Source of the DNA: an uncultured Candidatus Poseidoniales archaeon
Lineage (GTDB): Archaea > Thermoplasmatota > Poseidoniia > Poseidoniales > Poseidoniaceae
Direction: 5' to 3'
Assembly (NCBI GenBank): GCA_905182715.1
Contig: CAJJCP010000003.1
Coordinates: 67,580 to 131,579 of the forward strand
Length of the DNA: 64,000 bases
The notes below the pieces were generated by a model. The model saw nothing but the letters and a program-made list of their open reading frames with translations. It searched no databases and was not told where the DNA came from. The translations under genes and the position numbers were made by a program. Within the stretch, counting starts at the first letter, position 1; each line of letters opens with the position of its first letter. Shown here piece by piece: positions 61,423-64,000 of this stretch.

Positions 61423-63960
61423 ATGAATCGAAGGGCACTTGCCATGGTTTTGGTTCTTCTTGTCCTACTCGGCAGCTCGCCGCTGACGCAGGGAAAATCT
61501 GCTGGGATGCAGAAACAAAGTTCCGGCTGTAACTGTCATTCACAATCCGGCTCAACCGCAGCGACCGTGGTCGTGACTGGCTACCCCACTCAATATACGG
61601 CCGGCGTAACTTCGACCTTGACCATTACAGTGAGTAACGGCGTTAGTGGTTCAAACGGCGGTTTTAGTCTCGAAGCCGATAAGGGCTCATTGACCGCACC
61701 GTTCTCATTTGCTGTCAGTGTGAACAACGCCCAAGACAGCGCTACCCATTCATCCACGGGTACGAGTCAAAGGTCTTGGGACGTAGATTGGACTGCGCCT
61801 TCCAGTGGTTCAGGTATCGCAACCCTTTCTGTTGCCGGTTTGACTGCAAATAACATGAACGGCAATTCAGGTGACCGATGGGCTACAGCATCCTATCAAA
61901 TTTCAGAAGCGGGTGCAGTTCCAAATACCGCTCCGGTTGTTTCGAATGTCATGTTGGGTCCGAACGGGGCAACGACCACATCGTCACCTGCGCTCAGTTA
62001 TGTCTATTCAGATTCAGACAATGATCCAGAATCTGGGACTCAAATTCAATGGTACAAAGATGATGTTGAACAAATAGGCCTTCAAGGACTCACTCTTTCA
62101 GCATCAGCAACTTCGAAGGGAGAAGAATGGAAGGCAACTGTAACGCCGTCAGACGGTTCAGACGCCGGCACTCCACAGACGAGTAATACATTGATCATTG
62201 CGAACTCCATACCCACTTTGACAACGCCAACAATTCAGCCGGCTAATCCAACCTCTGATGACGACTTAACGTTCAGCAGTACTTCTTCTGACAACGATGC
62301 GGACCAGGTTCATTTTGATATTCATTGGTTCCTTGAGGGCGTACTCGTCTCCGAATTAAACGATATCGAAACTCTTCCGTCTTTTGCCACACGTAGTGGT
62401 GAATCATGGACTGTTGAACTTCGAGCGAATGATTCCGAAAACACCTCGCAATGGCAATCGTCCTCCGCCGTTGTTATTGGCGCTGGGCAAACAAATACCG
62501 CCCCCGTAGCATCGAGTGTTGTACTGGGTCCCGCAACAATTTACACAACCGATGACCTTTCAGTCAACTATATTTTTACAGATATTGACGGCGACCTTGA
62601 AGTCGATTCCGAAATTAGTTGGTTCCTCAACAACGCACCGTTTACGTTTGCTGAAAACAGCAGAACACTGCCTTCGAGTTTTACCGAAAAGGGCCAAAAT
62701 TGGTTTGCGGAAGTACGCGTGAATGATGGCACTGAATGGTCACCTTGGTCTTCAAGTAACACACTTGTTGTTGAAAATACCCTGCCTATCACAGTATCTC
62801 TTTCACTGAGTCATACAGAAGCGAAAACTACCGATTCGGTCACAGTTGAGTTTACTCAATCCGATATCGATGGAGATGGAGAATCAGGTTCGGAGATTAC
62901 TTGGTGGAACAACGGCGTTCAGCAATCATCTCTTACAGGGCAGATAACTCTCCCTTCTGAAGCTACATCGAAAGGCGAAATGTGGACGGTAATGGTGAAA
63001 GCAGGCGATGGTACCGGTATGAGTGAAATCGCCCTTTCTGCAAACGTCACTGTCATTAACAGCGCCCCAACAGCAAGTTTCATCATTTCTTCGAATGTGA
63101 CTGCTCTTGGGCCATTGAATCTTACCATAACCACTGATGATGTGGATGGCGATGATGTAGAAACAGAGATTATGTGGTACCGTAATGGTTTCCTCGAAGG
63201 TTCTCTTACCGGTGAAATCAGCGTCCCAACCCTCTTACTTGGTCCAGGCCAAACTTGGGCAGCACACGTCACACCAACGGACAGTGAAGCAGCATCTGGG
63301 GCTACTGTTATCAAAACAATCACCGTTGTTAACATCGAACCCACTGCTCAGATCAATGTTCAAAACGAGGTCATTTGGATTGGAGAATGGACGACACTTG
63401 ACGCTGCACAATCGAGCGATGTCGACGGACGGATTGTAGAGGCAACATGGTCTTGGACCGATGCTACAGGCACCATAAATTCGGATTCAGGTTTCGAAAT
63501 TCACATGATTCCTCTCGCCAATATGGTTGTTACACTCACCGTTCTCGATGACATGGGCTCAACTGCTACTGCGGAACTACAACTCTCGGCAGTTCAAGGC
63601 CCAATGATTACTGATTTCAACACCGAATCGAAAGGCAAGTCGGTTGTTTTAGAGTGGGGCTGGAATGGGCCAAATGCTACCTTTAACATTCTGCGTAACG
63701 GAATCCTGATTGGAACAACAGCCTCAGAATCATACACCGACGCGCCTCTGTTTGCTGGCGAAACCTCCTACGCCATACAACCGCAAATTGGAGACATGAC
63801 GTTGGTTGCAGGAACTTCAGGCGCTCAAACAATCATGATTGAAACCGCTGCTGCTGAAGCACCAGGTCCCTCTTCAACCGGAGGCCTCGTCTCTGGAATT
63901 CTTTTCTTATTGATTGGAATTGTCGTAAGCGGATTTGCTTTGATTGGACGGAGGGATTGA
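61423..63960 (+). CDS. Surface protein: signal peptide, N-terminal Cys/His-containing beta domain, five ~95-aa tandem Ig-like modules, PKD-like domain, C-terminal TM anchor
   Basis: 845-aa ORF. Signal is MVLVLLVLLGSSPLTQG. The repeated module is N[ST].P....[YF].[YF].D.D.D.E....I.W[YFW].N...LP...T.KGE.W...V...DG. The PKD-like stretch is LDAAQSSDVDGRIVEATWSW. The tail is STGGLVSGILFLLIGIVVSGFALIGRRD. Confidence 0.85.
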   Translation: MNRRALAMVLVLLVLLGSSPLTQGKSAGMQKQSSGCNCHSQSGSTAATVVVTGYPTQYTAGVTSTLTITVSNGVSGSNGGFSLEADKGSLTAPFSFAVSVNNAQDSATHSSTGTSQRSWDVDWTAPSSGSGIATLSVAGLTANNMNGNSGDRWATASYQISEAGAVPNTAPVVSNVMLGPNGATTTSSPALSYVYSDSDNDPESGTQIQWYKDDVEQIGLQGLTLSASATSKGEEWKATVTPSDGSDAGTPQTSNTLIIANSIPTLTTPTIQPANPTSDDDLTFSSTSSDNDADQVHFDIHWFLEGVLVSELNDIETLPSFATRSGESWTVELRANDSENTSQWQSSSAVVIGAGQTNTAPVASSVVLGPATIYTTDDLSVNYIFTDIDGDLEVDSEISWFLNNAPFTFAENSRTLPSSFTEKGQNWFAEVRVNDGTEWSPWSSSNTLVVENTLPITVSLSLSHTEAKTTDSVTVEFTQSDIDGDGESGSEITWWNNGVQQSSLTGQITLPSEATSKGEMWTVMVKAGDGTGMSEIALSANVTVINSAPTASFIISSNVTALGPLNLTITTDDVDGDDVETEIMWYRNGFLEGSLTGEISVPTLLLGPGQTWAAHVTPTDSEAASGATVIKTITVVNIEPTAQINVQNEVIWIGEWTTLDAAQSSDVDGRIVEATWSWTDATGTINSDSGFEIHMIPLANMVVTLTVLDDMGSTATAELQLSAVQGPMITDFNTESKGKSVVLEWGWNGPNATFNILRNGILIGTTASESYTDAPLFAGETSYAIQPQIGDMTLVAGTSGAQTIMIETAAAEAPGPSSTGGLVSGILFLLIGIVVSGFALIGRRD

Positions 63961-63967
63961 TTTGAAG

Positions 63968-64000
63968 ATGAAATCCCGCTTCCACACAGTGCTTGTTCTT
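63968..64000 (+). CDS. Possible 5' end of a further ORF (truncated by the window edge)
   Basis: The ATG at 63968 gives MKSRFHTVLVL. That is only 11 codons, so it is not assessable. Confidence 0.2.
   Translation, partial: MKSRFHTVLVL

Noticed and set aside
61500-61540. GCNCH near the N-terminus of 61423-63960 as a c-type heme-binding site
   Set aside because: The spacing is CxCH, not CxxCH. There is a single occurrence and no other cytochrome features.

Overview
Archaeal chromosomal window. The archaeal markers are a group II chaperonin (thermosome), an archaeal-type DnaG/TOPRIM primase, the L18e-L13-S9-RpoN operon and a COG1855-type ATPase-KH protein. Genes are tightly packed. The gene content suggests a planktonic marine euryarchaeon of the MGII/Poseidoniales type, but that is inference only.

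The content falls into two classes.

(1) Housekeeping and metabolism: purH, purN, three tRNAs (Leu-GAG, Cys-GCA, Pro-GGG), aminotransferases, an M28 peptidase, a PQQ-type sugar dehydrogenase, an AlkB-like membrane hydroxylase, a GT-A glycosyltransferase, and a bacterial-type NAD-dependent ligase LigA.

(2) A large set of exported, acidic proteins built from thrombospondin type-3-like D-x-D-x-DG calcium-binding loops: 11496-14294, 40769-42505, 43100-50988, 53315-58007 and 61423-63960.

Main second-look items:
- A roughly 7.9-kb giant surface-protein gene (43100-50988) is split into three ORFs. One break coincides exactly with a perfect 10-bp tandem duplication at 47941-47960.
- Every apparent frame break in the window lies in a gene for an exported protein.
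- One adhesin contains a microsatellite-like tract encoding about 39 GQ plus about 17 GQQ repeats.
- A HerA/FtsK-like P-loop ATPase is fused to a C-terminal polytopic membrane domain.
- LigA carries a C-terminal extension ending in a PIP-box-like QPSLFDFN.
- An uncharacterised trio of genes sits next to dnaG.

I saw no CRISPR array, rRNA, integrase or transposase. All calls come from reading the ORF translations and hand-folding RNAs. No database search was run.
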